A stretch of 64,000 bases of DNA from Catajapyx aquilonaris. Lineage: Eukaryota. Position 1 is the first letter of the stretch, and the number at the start of each line of letters is the position of its first letter. The notes under the pieces were generated by a model. That model worked only from the letters and a program-made list of their open reading frames with translations. It did not search any database and was not told the origin of the DNA. The stretch covers positions 62,001-126,000 of the forward strand of contig JYFJ02000417.1 of assembly GCA_000934665.2 (NCBI GenBank), written 5' to 3'. Below, piece after piece: positions 13,001 through 25,000 of the stretch. Both the position numbers and the translations under genes were made by a program.

Positions 13001-16000
13001 TTTACCAGCTGATCCGTCGTGACGGCTCAAATTAATAAACATCATCGACAGAGTGGAGACAGATAAACCGGGTTCAGGGACTCTGCTGTACTACACAACC
13101 GATGGCGATGGTATCTGGGCGTTGGGTGTACCGCCACCAGACAAACAACTGTTTACTTCTCGCTCCAGATCTACAGTTGGTGTTGCTGCTGGGGCTGCAT
13201 TCCTCGCCGGTTCGTCCTTCTCCCCAGCTCCACCACAACCCACAGCTTTTACCTGCTGCCCCTCCCCACACTGTGTGCTCACTCCAGATAAAAAAGCTCA
13301 TGTGTTGCCTTGTGAAGGCTGACACGAGTGACATTCGACCTTACAAGGACATTTGAGGGAAGGAAACTTCCCACAGCCAACAACAAACACCGGGTGGGAA
13401 GTGGCCACACCTTGTTGTAAGACCATTAAATCCCGTAATGTTCGTGACATTGCTCTCGTCACCTCATGTTACGTGAGCGTATATTCCCTCGGGGAGATCT
13501 TCTAGAGAAAAATAATTGCAAATGGCGAGTGAACTGCAACTTTTGTCCTGACCCTTCACACTTCGGGATGAGTTCATGGGAAGAGCGACCTTTTTCAAAT
13601 TGAGTTTTGCGGGCTCATCTGGCGTAACAGAAAAGCCTCCATGTAAATTGGTTATCTGGGTGATCAATCTTATCGCGTGCTGTGCCGATTGGAGTAGTCG
13701 CCCGTTAGCTTCTTCAAGGAATCTCTACGAAAACGAAACTTGGGGGCAGGGCATATCTCATTACGATCCTGACTGTAACTAAGCTGGTTGTGTGACAAAG
13801 TGATCCAGCTGGAGACTAGATGGAAGAGAATAAGAAAAAAAAAATTAAAAAAGAAAGCAGCTGCGGTATACAACAAAATTGTTGTAAGGAGGTCGAGCAG
13901 GGCTGCTGATGGCGAAATATGTTTCGAACCAGATCTCGGCGTTTTCTGTCGGCGTGTGAAAAAAAAGAAGCAAGATGATACTCAGCCAGGTGACCAGCAC
14001 GTGCCGGGAAGGTCATCCAGTTACAGGGAGAACCTATTAAGGCATCAGACGCAAATGAAACCGATAGATGGCAGCACATGGTGTTGGCACTTTCGCAGAT
14101 TCGCCCGCCAGGAACCGCCTTAGGAAATATGGAGCGACACCAGCGCCATATCGGAAACCCCACCTCGACGGGGTGGGAGCAACTAAGGCTTGAGATGTCC
14201 GGATAATTTATATCGAATATAGATATATCCGAAATATCACTTCTCTTCCGGTTTATCGAAATATCGCTTATTCGATTTATCTAAATATTGTTCACTCTCC
14301 GATTGATCTGCCTATCACGTTTGATTTATCCGAGTATCGCTTATCGTTCGATTTATCGACATATCTTGTCCGATTTATCAAAGTATCTCTTATTAGATTT
14401 ATCGCTAATCTGTCGATGTATTGTTTCTTGTCCGATTTATTACAGTATCGCATATAGATTTCTCTAAATATTGCTTATCGATCGATATATCGAAATATCA
14501 CTTACAGTTCGATTGATTGTGTTATTCGATATATCGCAGTACCGCTTCGATCTCATTCGATATATCGAAGTATCTTCGATCTTTTATCCGATATATCGAA
14601 GTATCTTCGATCTTTTATCCGATATATCGCAGTATCGTCGATCTTTTATCCGATATATCGAAGAATCTCTTATTAGATATATCGAAATATCACGTATAGT
14701 TCGATTTATCGATAGGAGTGTCAGGGGGGGTTGTCTGGGACTGTTGTGAAGGTGGCAAATTTGAGCGCCATGAAGGTTGCTATGTGAACTTAGAGCTTGG
14801 CAAAGCCACAATATCGTTCGTTGGCCTTCGGTGCACGATCAGGACCGCGTTGTTGGCGGATCAAAAAAAAAACCCACAGTATAAGCTATAGCTCGCTGTG
14901 AGAGGAAACTGGAGACAATTTTTTTCCCCCTCCCGTGACGATACACCCTGTGAACCGAGGCCGTTTGTTGGAAGGGACGTGTGGGTGGGTGGGTGGCTGC
15001 TCTAGATCTATTCTCACCCCCCTCCTTGCCATATACCCACCACCACCTACCTACCCTTACACTATGCACGCCAGCCGGCCTTTTTCCTTCGGACTGGTTC
15101 GCCTTGGCTCCATTGCGCCAGTTTGCTGGGGGTGTGTGGTCTACTATATGCATTTTTTTTCGTGTGCTTTATTCACCCCCACCTCATCCCCCCCTGAAAT
15201 TTTTTAAAGGGGGGGGTGGTTAGCTGTACCTACCTAGCAGACCTTTTCTTTCTCTAGTCCAGAGTCTGCTTTCACGCGGAAGAGCTCGGCCCATGTTACG
15301 TCACCTTGTCCATTTTTTTCTCTCTCTTTCATTCTCTCTCTGTCGCCTCTGGTTTATGCCCGTTTATCATTATCCACTTCCCCCCCCCCCTTTTTTTTCT
15401 TCTTCTAAATAACCCCCCCACCTGTGGACACGTGCGGAATTGTATGGTTAGGATCAACTGTCCAGCAAACATTATTTTTGATGGGTGCTGATAGATTCGA
15501 GCAAATTGTGCAGGGGACGGTGGTCCCTAGATATAAAAGTTGAGTGACATTTCCCCCAAGCCTCGCCGTTACCATTCGATTCCGACCACTTTCTCTTTCT
15601 GCTGGATCCGCCAGACATCATTGCGCGCATTACCTTATTTGAAACATGGGGCCACACACACGCACTGGAAGTAACTCCAGTGCAATAATTCCGCACATAA
15701 CTTTGATCCAGATTTGGAACGGAGGGGAAAAAAGTAACGGTAGAAATGTATCATCCTGCGAGATAGGCAAGACAAATTTTGAACGCCTGCCAAAAAAAAA
15801 CCCTTCATGAGGTCGAATCCAGGGTCGCGAGCCTTTTAATTCTCCCTTGGAATCTGCTCGTGATAATTCGCGAGCCTGAGAAAATAAGTTGTTACTACCG
15901 GTATATCGATGCACGTAAATTCCTCAGGGTCGTTACCAGGATTTAACATCATGAGGAGCCTTCATTTCCATGGAAGGAATGTGTAGCAGCTGAGAAAACC

Positions 16001-19000
16001 CAGCATCGTAATAAAATAGCATAACCCGCATTACCAGAAATGCACACATTACAATGACCTGGAGGCCTTTTAAATTTATTTTTATTTTAAAAAAATTTAG
16101 CTTGCAATATTAGCATTTTTTGAAAGCCGAAAAATTTCGGAACTGCCAGACCCCCTACGACGAGGTTTGATTTCAAATAATAGCTTTGCCTGGATATTAT
16201 AATAGCTTCGTGATCCAACTTGTAATTGGCAATCTACACGATCTGACGTCATCATCGCAATGCCTTCATGTTTCGCGAATTTTACGCTCGAATTGTTTTT
16301 TTGTTCCAACGCTGGAGAAAACTCCCGGAGTTTGGGATATGCAATTTTATCTGCCCCTCAAAGATTGGAAGTTTGTCAGCCCTAGCAACCAGTTCACAGT
16401 AACTCACCATACAGTGTGTACTGTACATATTTTTTTTTTTCGTAAACATCACTAAACAATGTGACAGCTCCACTTTTGTGATCGACCTTGTTCTCATCTA
16501 GGCATCCCAACAACAATCCATATATATATATTTTTTTGCAATATGTGGATTTCGCGAAAGTGCTCCATTCATTGTTTGTACGTGACTTGAATTCCGGATA
16601 GAACCATACAGGCTAAATAATACCCCCCCAAACGTAAGTAGGGATTTGGAGTAAGTAAAAGGGTGTATTATACATTGTGGGGGGGGGGGGGTGTTGCATT
16701 TGTCCCTGGACTGGGCCAACCAGCACACCAAGGCTGTAAGGAGTCATGCAAAAAGAAGAAAAAAAAATAAGGGAAGGTCGGCAGCCAACCTTTCCCTTCC
16801 ACTTCCTCTACTACCCACACACACACATGCATCCACACACATAGCTGGCCCATTTGCTGGGGGTAACAACACAAAATTCCGCATCAGCTTGCATTATAAA
16901 TTTGCACAGTTTTCTCCACCCAAGTTAGACTCGGTTTTTATAACACGAGTGGCGTAACTAAATGCAACAGAAACTGCATTTCTCTACGCCACTTTTATAT
17001 GTTATATTATCGGAACCGGGGGGAAAAAAAGGGTTGTCCAATGCTCACACTCACACACATGACGTCATGTATGTAATCTAGAGCATGAAGGTGCTAAAGA
17101 AATCGCCAAGTTCATGACCATATCCATATAGGATGACGTCATATGTTTTTTTGGAACGTGGCTTAATTTTTGGGGGAGTGATCTCTCTCTCTATATCTCT
17201 CCAGGAGATTCGTTTCCAATGGGAGGTGTCGATTGCCTGTCAAACCTCCCCAACGTAATGATTACTTATCACGACCGGTGCTGACTTAACCCTTTCTTGT
17301 TCCGGATTTTGCTTTTATGACTTGTTTCCTGGTAGTGAGTCGGCCATTTTTTTCTTTCTTTCTCTTCTTTCTTTTTCCTTCCACCCCCCCCCCCCTGCCC
17401 ATTTGGCTGGACTCTCTCTTTTACCTCGTTTTCTTGACCACTCGATTCTTCGGGAGCAAATAAATCGATCTCAATTGCGGATTGGCGGATTCAGCAGGTG
17501 GTCGGCCATGCTGCCATCATTTACCATATGTTGGGTGGTCCACGAAGCACAGCAGCTTCTGCATAATTCAGTTTTGTCACCTATTACGCCAAGTTGCGCA
17601 CTTTCTGCTAAAAATTCGCGACATCCCGCTAATGAGTAAACTGTACCGAGAGCAGCGTGCAATTAGTTTTTCCCCCCTGCAAAACTGCGCGTGACATGAG
17701 CGGCATAAATGCAATGAAAGTAAAAGGGCGTATGTTGCTTTTCCTTTTAAATTTTTTTTTCCGGCAATGTACAGAGTGTGAACTTGGGGAAGCAGTGCAC
17801 CGACCCTATAGTGACAGCCTCACCCTTTTGTATAATGTAACTAATATGTGTCAGCCAGCGCAGGTGTTCGAGCCATTGAAAAGCAATTAAGAAAAAGAAA
17901 AAGCGAGTAGTGAGTGTGCAAAGTGGACAAGTGGGCCGAGTCGGACACAGGCTTTTGAAGGAATAAAAAGGAGGGGGGGCAATATAAGTTGAGTCCCCCC
18001 CCCCCCCTTCAAACCCCACCTTTTGGTACGACGGGGGGTAGCAGCTTTCGCCTACAGCCCGGCCCAGATAACACATTACGCAAAGGTATAGGCTGCACAG
18101 AGGCACACACAAAAAAAGTCTTATTCATTGGGTGCACAATGCGCCAACTCATGCCACGTTATTTCGCACCCTGTACCTAAGAGTTAATGCAGAAGTCGTG
18201 CCACCGACATTTTCAGGTCCATCTACTCTATACATGGTTGGTTTGTCTACAAAGGGAGTGTGGGTGAAATATTATGGTCCGTTTGTGCCCTGTCAGTGCC
18301 AAGGCTGAACTCACAGGTTGCAGAAAGTTGCAAAATTTTGTTAGAAATGATATTATTTCTGCAAAATATTGCTGGTAAATGCTTTGACAGAATGACATCA
18401 GGATCCATGAAATATCAGGATCAATGAGACATCCTATAGAGACACCCATGAGACATCAGGCTCTTTGAGACCTCCTAGAGACATTCATGAGACATCCATA
18501 GGACATCCATGAGACATCTCTTTGAGACATCCTAGAGACATTCATGAGACATCCATAGGACATCCATGAGACATCTCTTTGAGACATCCTAGAGACATTC
18601 ATGAGACATACATAGGACATCCATGAGACATCTCTTTGAGACCTCCTAGAGACATTCATGAGACATCCATGAGACATCTCTTTGAGACATCCTAGAGACA
18701 TCCATGAGACTTACATAGGACATCCATGAGACATCTCTTTGAGACCTCCTAGAGACATTCATGAGACATCCATAGGACCTCCTAGAGACATTCATGAGGC
18801 ATCCATAGGACATCCATGAGACATCAGGGTCTATGAGAATAAATGGAGTAGACCGGATACACTCGAGTCTAACACGTGATTGCGAAGACTTATCGAAAAA
18901 AGCCATGGGCGATATTGCCGGATAAGTGTGTGCGAAAAGTCTGCGGGGGAAAAAAATTGCGAGCGGGGGGGAAAAAAAAACCTCCAGAGGAGAAGGGCGG

Positions 19001-22000
19001 AACCCGCTAGGCGACCTTCAGTTTGCCAAATTCATTCTTCGATATACTCGACACATTCGGTTGGCCTCCGCAGAACCCACTTTATGCCAATTACTGTGCC
19101 AACTTCTCTCTCTTTCGCAATTTTTTATTATTATTCTAACCCCCCTACCTGCGTACATAGTCCCCATAGAGAGCAATAATTGTGGGAAATGAGCCCTCCC
19201 TTTGATGTTTGAGATTATTTAGTGCACTTGGCCCAAGGACTGTCAATTGTGTTGGTAATTAAAAAGAGTGGAGGGAAATAGCACATTGGACTGTGGAAAT
19301 GAGGATTTTTCCAAGTACAATGCGATAGATAGTTGGTAGATAGTTTCTGAGATCAGGTTTCGGTGCAGGTGCCTCAAACGATAACAAACCAAGGCTGATG
19401 ATCTAAGACACGTGGATATCAGGTCATACGTTAGTATTAGTCACGTACGCCTGCTGAAGCTCAAATTAGCCTCCAAAAGAAGCTCTCCGTATGACCACCT
19501 CTTGATCAAAGAGAAGGTGGTTCTGGAAGTCACTGTACTATAACCCGCAAAAAGATTGTCGCACTGTATCCGTGTTGTGTCCGCGACTTTGGGTGAACGA
19601 AAAGTCGCGGACACCACACGGATACAGTGCGACAATCTTTTTGCGGGTTGTAGTACACCCGCTAAATTTTTCGCAACGCATGATCCGAACCGATTATTTA
19701 CTCATTAGCCTCCAAAGTCGTGACGTCATGAACGGCACTTTAGACCCATTATGGACTTTACATGAAATTTTCACGGCCTGATGAACACACATCCTTGTTG
19801 TCCCAGTGTTACTGCGGGTACCATTTTGTAGGGAAGGTGGATTAATTAATAACGTGATAAAACCGACCTTGGCGTCCATTTTAAAGGGGCCATTATCCAC
19901 GCACGCTGGACGACATTTCGAGACTTGGGTAAAGGACCCTTGTGAAGCTCTTTTGAAGGTTCTACCAGCATGCTGGGAGAGAGAGAGATTTAGGGGACAG
20001 TGGCATGAGTGATGTATTCGTGACAGGGGAGGCAGCCTGCGATTAAATCAGAAGGTGCCAGTTAGAAAATATACAAAGTGTTTTTAAAAGGCCCTCACTT
20101 GCTCAAGTGGGACGCATTCTTGATGTGAAAATGATCGTGCAAACTGCCTGCCTGACAGCTGCTGGTATTGTGCCTTCTGAACCAGCGTCTGTCCATCTTT
20201 CAAGTCAAATTATCGGGCCAGGAAATCAGCCAGGTTTCACCTAACATTTGACAGCCTGTTATAAGAGGATTTTTTTTTTGACAAACGCAACCGAGTGCGC
20301 GGGATAGTTTGCGCAGATTGTCCAATGGAGCTGCGCGCGCACTCGTAAATAAAGTTCAGCTCCACTCGATCACAGTTCTGCCGTCAGATGTGAGAGGACC
20401 GTAACTCAATATCCACTTCCCTTGCGGGAGAAAAGAAATCAAGTGTTGCCGAAAGCATCCAAGAGGTGGCGTTGGGGGAAGGGGGAAAAAGGAACGGCAC
20501 CCCAACTCCACCTGTTGGGTGCTTTTGGTACCACTGCTTTTTTTTTCTCGCCGCAAGGGGAAGTTGACATTGAGTTACGGTCTTTTCATATCTGACGGCA
20601 GAGTTTACGACAGCCTTGACCTGTTGCCGCTCGTTCTGTATTCGGCCACAAAATGGCCAATTAAAACACGCGTCCCTGATTCTATTGCGGAAAAATTTGG
20701 GGTTTCGCAACAAGTGCTCCCGCGCGGTTGGTGATTTATTACCCTCACGACTTGAGCGGATAAAAACCTTATGGTGCCGAAATCATTACAATCGTATGGT
20801 ATTTGCGAACCGATCGGCAAAATACACTTTCACCTGGCAGAAATCGTAAAAATGGAGCCACAATTTTCGCCAGCGAATTGTATACCAATTGCCTCTATGC
20901 TGATGGGGATGATTTATTTAAAATAATAATAAGCTGACCAGTAGCTGTTATTCGCAATATTGGCTATGTTGCAAAATTTACGCACAGGATTGTGCGAATT
21001 TTTTATTTAAAAAAGGCGAGGTCAACGGAGAATGAGGCGATGGACAACATTGCTTACAATATAAGAAGCGCCTCCTCCTCTTCTTCTTCTTTGAAGTGTT
21101 TCCACGCTCTGTTTCGCTCGCAAATTACTGTGCAAAACTATTGTCCGAGGTTATTGTCCAAGCGGTCTGCTGTCCATTGTTTTTGCGGGAGGATAAATGG
21201 CCAGAGGGACGTCCCTTTTATTTACATTTTTCGGCTGCAAATCATGGTCACTATGACTCGGAAATTTTTATGACCTTGTTCCTACCTGTGAAACTACCTT
21301 GGTTTTGTCGTTTTAAAAGAAATTGCAAAATAAATTATTCTTTCGCCCCTTTCGTATATGGAATTTCCCCGTGTCAGGTTTCATGTCCGTCTAACAATTT
21401 ATCAATTTAAAAACTTTTTCGATAGGTCGTTAACCGACGGCAGTGTTGGAAACAGTAGCTCTCTCCAGATGGTGTCAAAAATATATTTATTTTTTTATAA
21501 AAAAAAAGTAGAAAGGGCTAGTTAGCTGTTATTTTACAGCTTATCTTAACAGCTGAGCTCATATTTATAGCTATTATTTACTAGCTGGAATTGGGCCAAT
21601 GGTTGTAAAATTCTGGCCCGATTGGTGCCTATAACTCTTGGGGCGCCAAACGGATAGTGATAGGCTTTATTTTTTTATATCTCTCTCGCTTCCACACATA
21701 CACTAGTTTTATGAAACGAGAAACTCTGGACCAAACAGCCCGGAACTGTTTCCATATCGCAGAAAAATTCCGCACACTTTCGCGACTTTTATCTCTTTGT
21801 ATCCTTTAGGCTATCAGGTGACACCTGGGCCCCATGTGTGAGTATATACGTTCTAGAGGACATTTGCAAGAGAAAGATAAGGAAGAAGGGTGTGGATTGT
21901 TTGTGTGTGTGTGTGGTGCAAAAGCCTACTTATTGGGCAGGCCCCATTAGAAAGTTTGGGTTCGATTGTCGAGGAAATTTTGTGCTCTTGCCCATTATTG

Positions 22001-25000
22001 TATCGTCCCGATTGTCGTCATGGACACGGATTTTATGCCTTCCTTCTTCTTCTTCTTCTTCTTCTTCTTCTTTTTTTTATTGTTAATATTTCTGGGGAGA
22101 GGATTGCGAAGGACTCGGTTGCACAAAGGTGATTGGACGTATGTAGTGTATAAGAAGCCAAAATAACGCCATCGGTTCCGCAGCTGGAGCTAATTGCAAC
22201 AATGCCAGTTTTTTTTTCTTCATTTTCGGAACACGTGGCAATCGCTCTGACCTATTTCCAATCCTGTAGCAGTTTATACACCTTCGCGGGAGTCCGGTAG
22301 TTTTAACTCGCCGCAACCGGTTTTTATTATTAACAGTTCGATTGATAATTAGAGTACATTCTCCACCCGAAAGGTAGTTGGTGACAAGCAGTTTTTTTTT
22401 AAAGAAATGATAATCATGGCAGGTGAATGTGGCCCTAATTGTTGCAACAGTGCACTGTTGGCATTACCAATGATAGCTGGTAAATAATAGCAGGGAGCAT
22501 ATACTACATAAGAGTCGCAAACTTTGATGTTCGCGTCTCTCTGTTTGGAGCCGTTGCCAAGGCTGGCGGCCATCTTGAAGTGTGGGGAACGCCAACGAGG
22601 TATAAATAGGGTACAGGCAAAAATAGGGTCCGCCATCTTTGATGGTTTTGGCGGCCATGGCAAGAACACGCGCGAATCAAAGATGGCGGACCCTATTTTT
22701 GCATGTACCCTATTTATACCTCGTTGGCGTTCCCCACACTTCAAGATGGCCGCCAGCCTTGGCAACGCCCAAACAGAGAGACGCGAAAATCGAATGTTTG
22801 CGCCTCTTATGTAGTATATGCTCCCTGATAATAGGGTGGAATATTATTTTCGTCGGACTACTAGTTACTGCTAAGTTAGCAGTTAGTAGTAAGGTTAGCA
22901 GTTAGGAAGAGTGTTACCAACATCTGATGTAACTTCGTCTCTGATTGGCTGGGGTAGTAGCAGGCCTTCTGGCTCCACCCAATCGGAGTCGACCGTGACG
23001 TCAGAGCCGGCCACTTTTTTTCCCCCATAGAAACGCAAGATGGCGGCCTCCATAGTCCAAAATTGCTCCAGCCAGAGACTTATTTCCAACGCTACGGTTT
23101 GGGAGTGGGAAACAAAATGGCCGACGTTTGCGACTTTACCAAGGGCTTGATCTGCGCGAGTGTGGGTGCGTACTAACTGAATGGCATTAACCGGACCTGT
23201 ATGGACAATGTTAGCTGGTACGCTCTCTGCGTAGTGGGTGTGCTTATTTCCAACGATACGCTTGGGAGGAGGAGGGCGACGTTGCCAAAGTTCTGGAGCG
23301 AACCTCTACGAGTGTGAATATTTGTGCTCTGGCAAAGTTGAAGCTGCGCGAATGTGGGTGCGCACTCGTTGAAAAACCTAAAATATATAGATTTTAACTG
23401 AATCTCATTAACCGGTACTTTTAACCGAGCCTAACTTGAACTGTGGACGTAGTACAATCTCTCTCACATAGATAGCGCATCCTGATGACTCACTGCGGAC
23501 AGACAGAGGCGCATGAAGGCAATTCTATATATACATACGATGAGGTCAATCCCGGAGAGAAGCGGCCGTTTCTCTAATGGGCGATAATGATTGCAATTTC
23601 CGTGATGAATACCTAATTAGCAGGCCTGTAATTAGGAGGTTTTCCATACGATGCGGAACAGAGAGAGACTAGCCCGAGTGTGTGCCGCTTTCTTTGGCGG
23701 CTCTTTTTTCTCTCTCTCTCTCTCTTTAGGTTTGCTGAAGGAGATAGTCCGGTTCCACCTGGGCGACAACCCCCCTTCTTTTTTAACCCCCTCCTCCTCT
23801 CCCCACAACCTCCTTCAACATTATATTTCACTCCCATATAGGCCAAACACATCGACACAAACATCGGTCCCTATAGTGATGACAGCCCCCAATTAGCAAC
23901 CGGTAATGTCCACTCAACCGAGTACTTCATATTGAAGTAATAGGTATGACTTGTGTACAAGTGGGACACAATTTTTGATGGTTACGGTCGTGCCAACGTG
24001 CACATCACCTCTTGTGAATAGAGTCGTCTCAATTTTTTTTTTGCTCAACATGTTACAGTTGGACGAGCACGTGTATACTTATGGGTGACATAAAAAGTGG
24101 CCGGATCATTCATGCGGTTATTCCGTAATGGAAAATGTTACACTTATTGCTATATCCTCGTACCGGCATACAAAATGTAACATTGTTATGTGCGGCCTTG
24201 GTGCGACTAAGGAGTAAAGTAGCAGGTACGTGAAGATCAAAATAGACTCCAACGTGAGGCTATTTTGCGCTTCATGTCTGCTTGCTCCTGGAAGTGACTG
24301 TACACACTCTTAAAAGAGTAAGGTAGCAGACCTGAATCTCAAAAAAGCTCCTCTCATAGAGACTATTTTGAGCTTCAGGTCTGCTACCGTACTCATTTAC
24401 TCGACGAAACATTGAGTAAGGTAGCAGACCTGAAGCTCAAAACAGCTATACTCTCACACGGGCTATTTTGAGCAGTCATTTCCTCGACTCGACATTCAAT
24501 TAGTAAATCAGCAGACCTGAAGCTCAAAATAGCCTCTAAGAGAGGCTCTTCTCTGTTGAGGCTATTTTGAGCTTCAGGTCTGCTACTTTACTCATTTCCT
24601 CGACTATAAACATTAAGTGAGTAAGGTTCAAAATATCTTCAACATAAAATCTCCTCTCTGAGAGGCTATTTTGAGCTTCAGGTCTGCTACCTTACTCATT
24701 TACTCGACGAAACATTGAGTAAGGTAGCAGACCTGAAGCTCAAAATAGCTTCAACAGAGAAGCACCTCTCTTGGAGGCTAATTTGAGCTTCAGGTCTACT
24801 GCTTTTACTCATTTCCTCGACTCTACATTAAATGAGTATAGCAGACCTGATGCTCAAAGTAGCCTCCAAGAGAGGTGCTTCTCTGTTGAAGCTATTTTGA
24901 GCTTCAGGTTTGCTACCTTAATGTTTCGTCGAGGAAATGAGTAAAGTAGCAGACCTGATGCTGAAAATAGCCTCCAAGAGAGGTGCTTGTCAGTTGAAGT

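Noticed and set aside
18456..18906. Repetitive ORFs (MSYGCLMNVSR..., also IYRN and NYCSSA ORFs at 12 kb and 50 kb)
   Set aside because: They are translations of minisatellites, with no splice or homology support.
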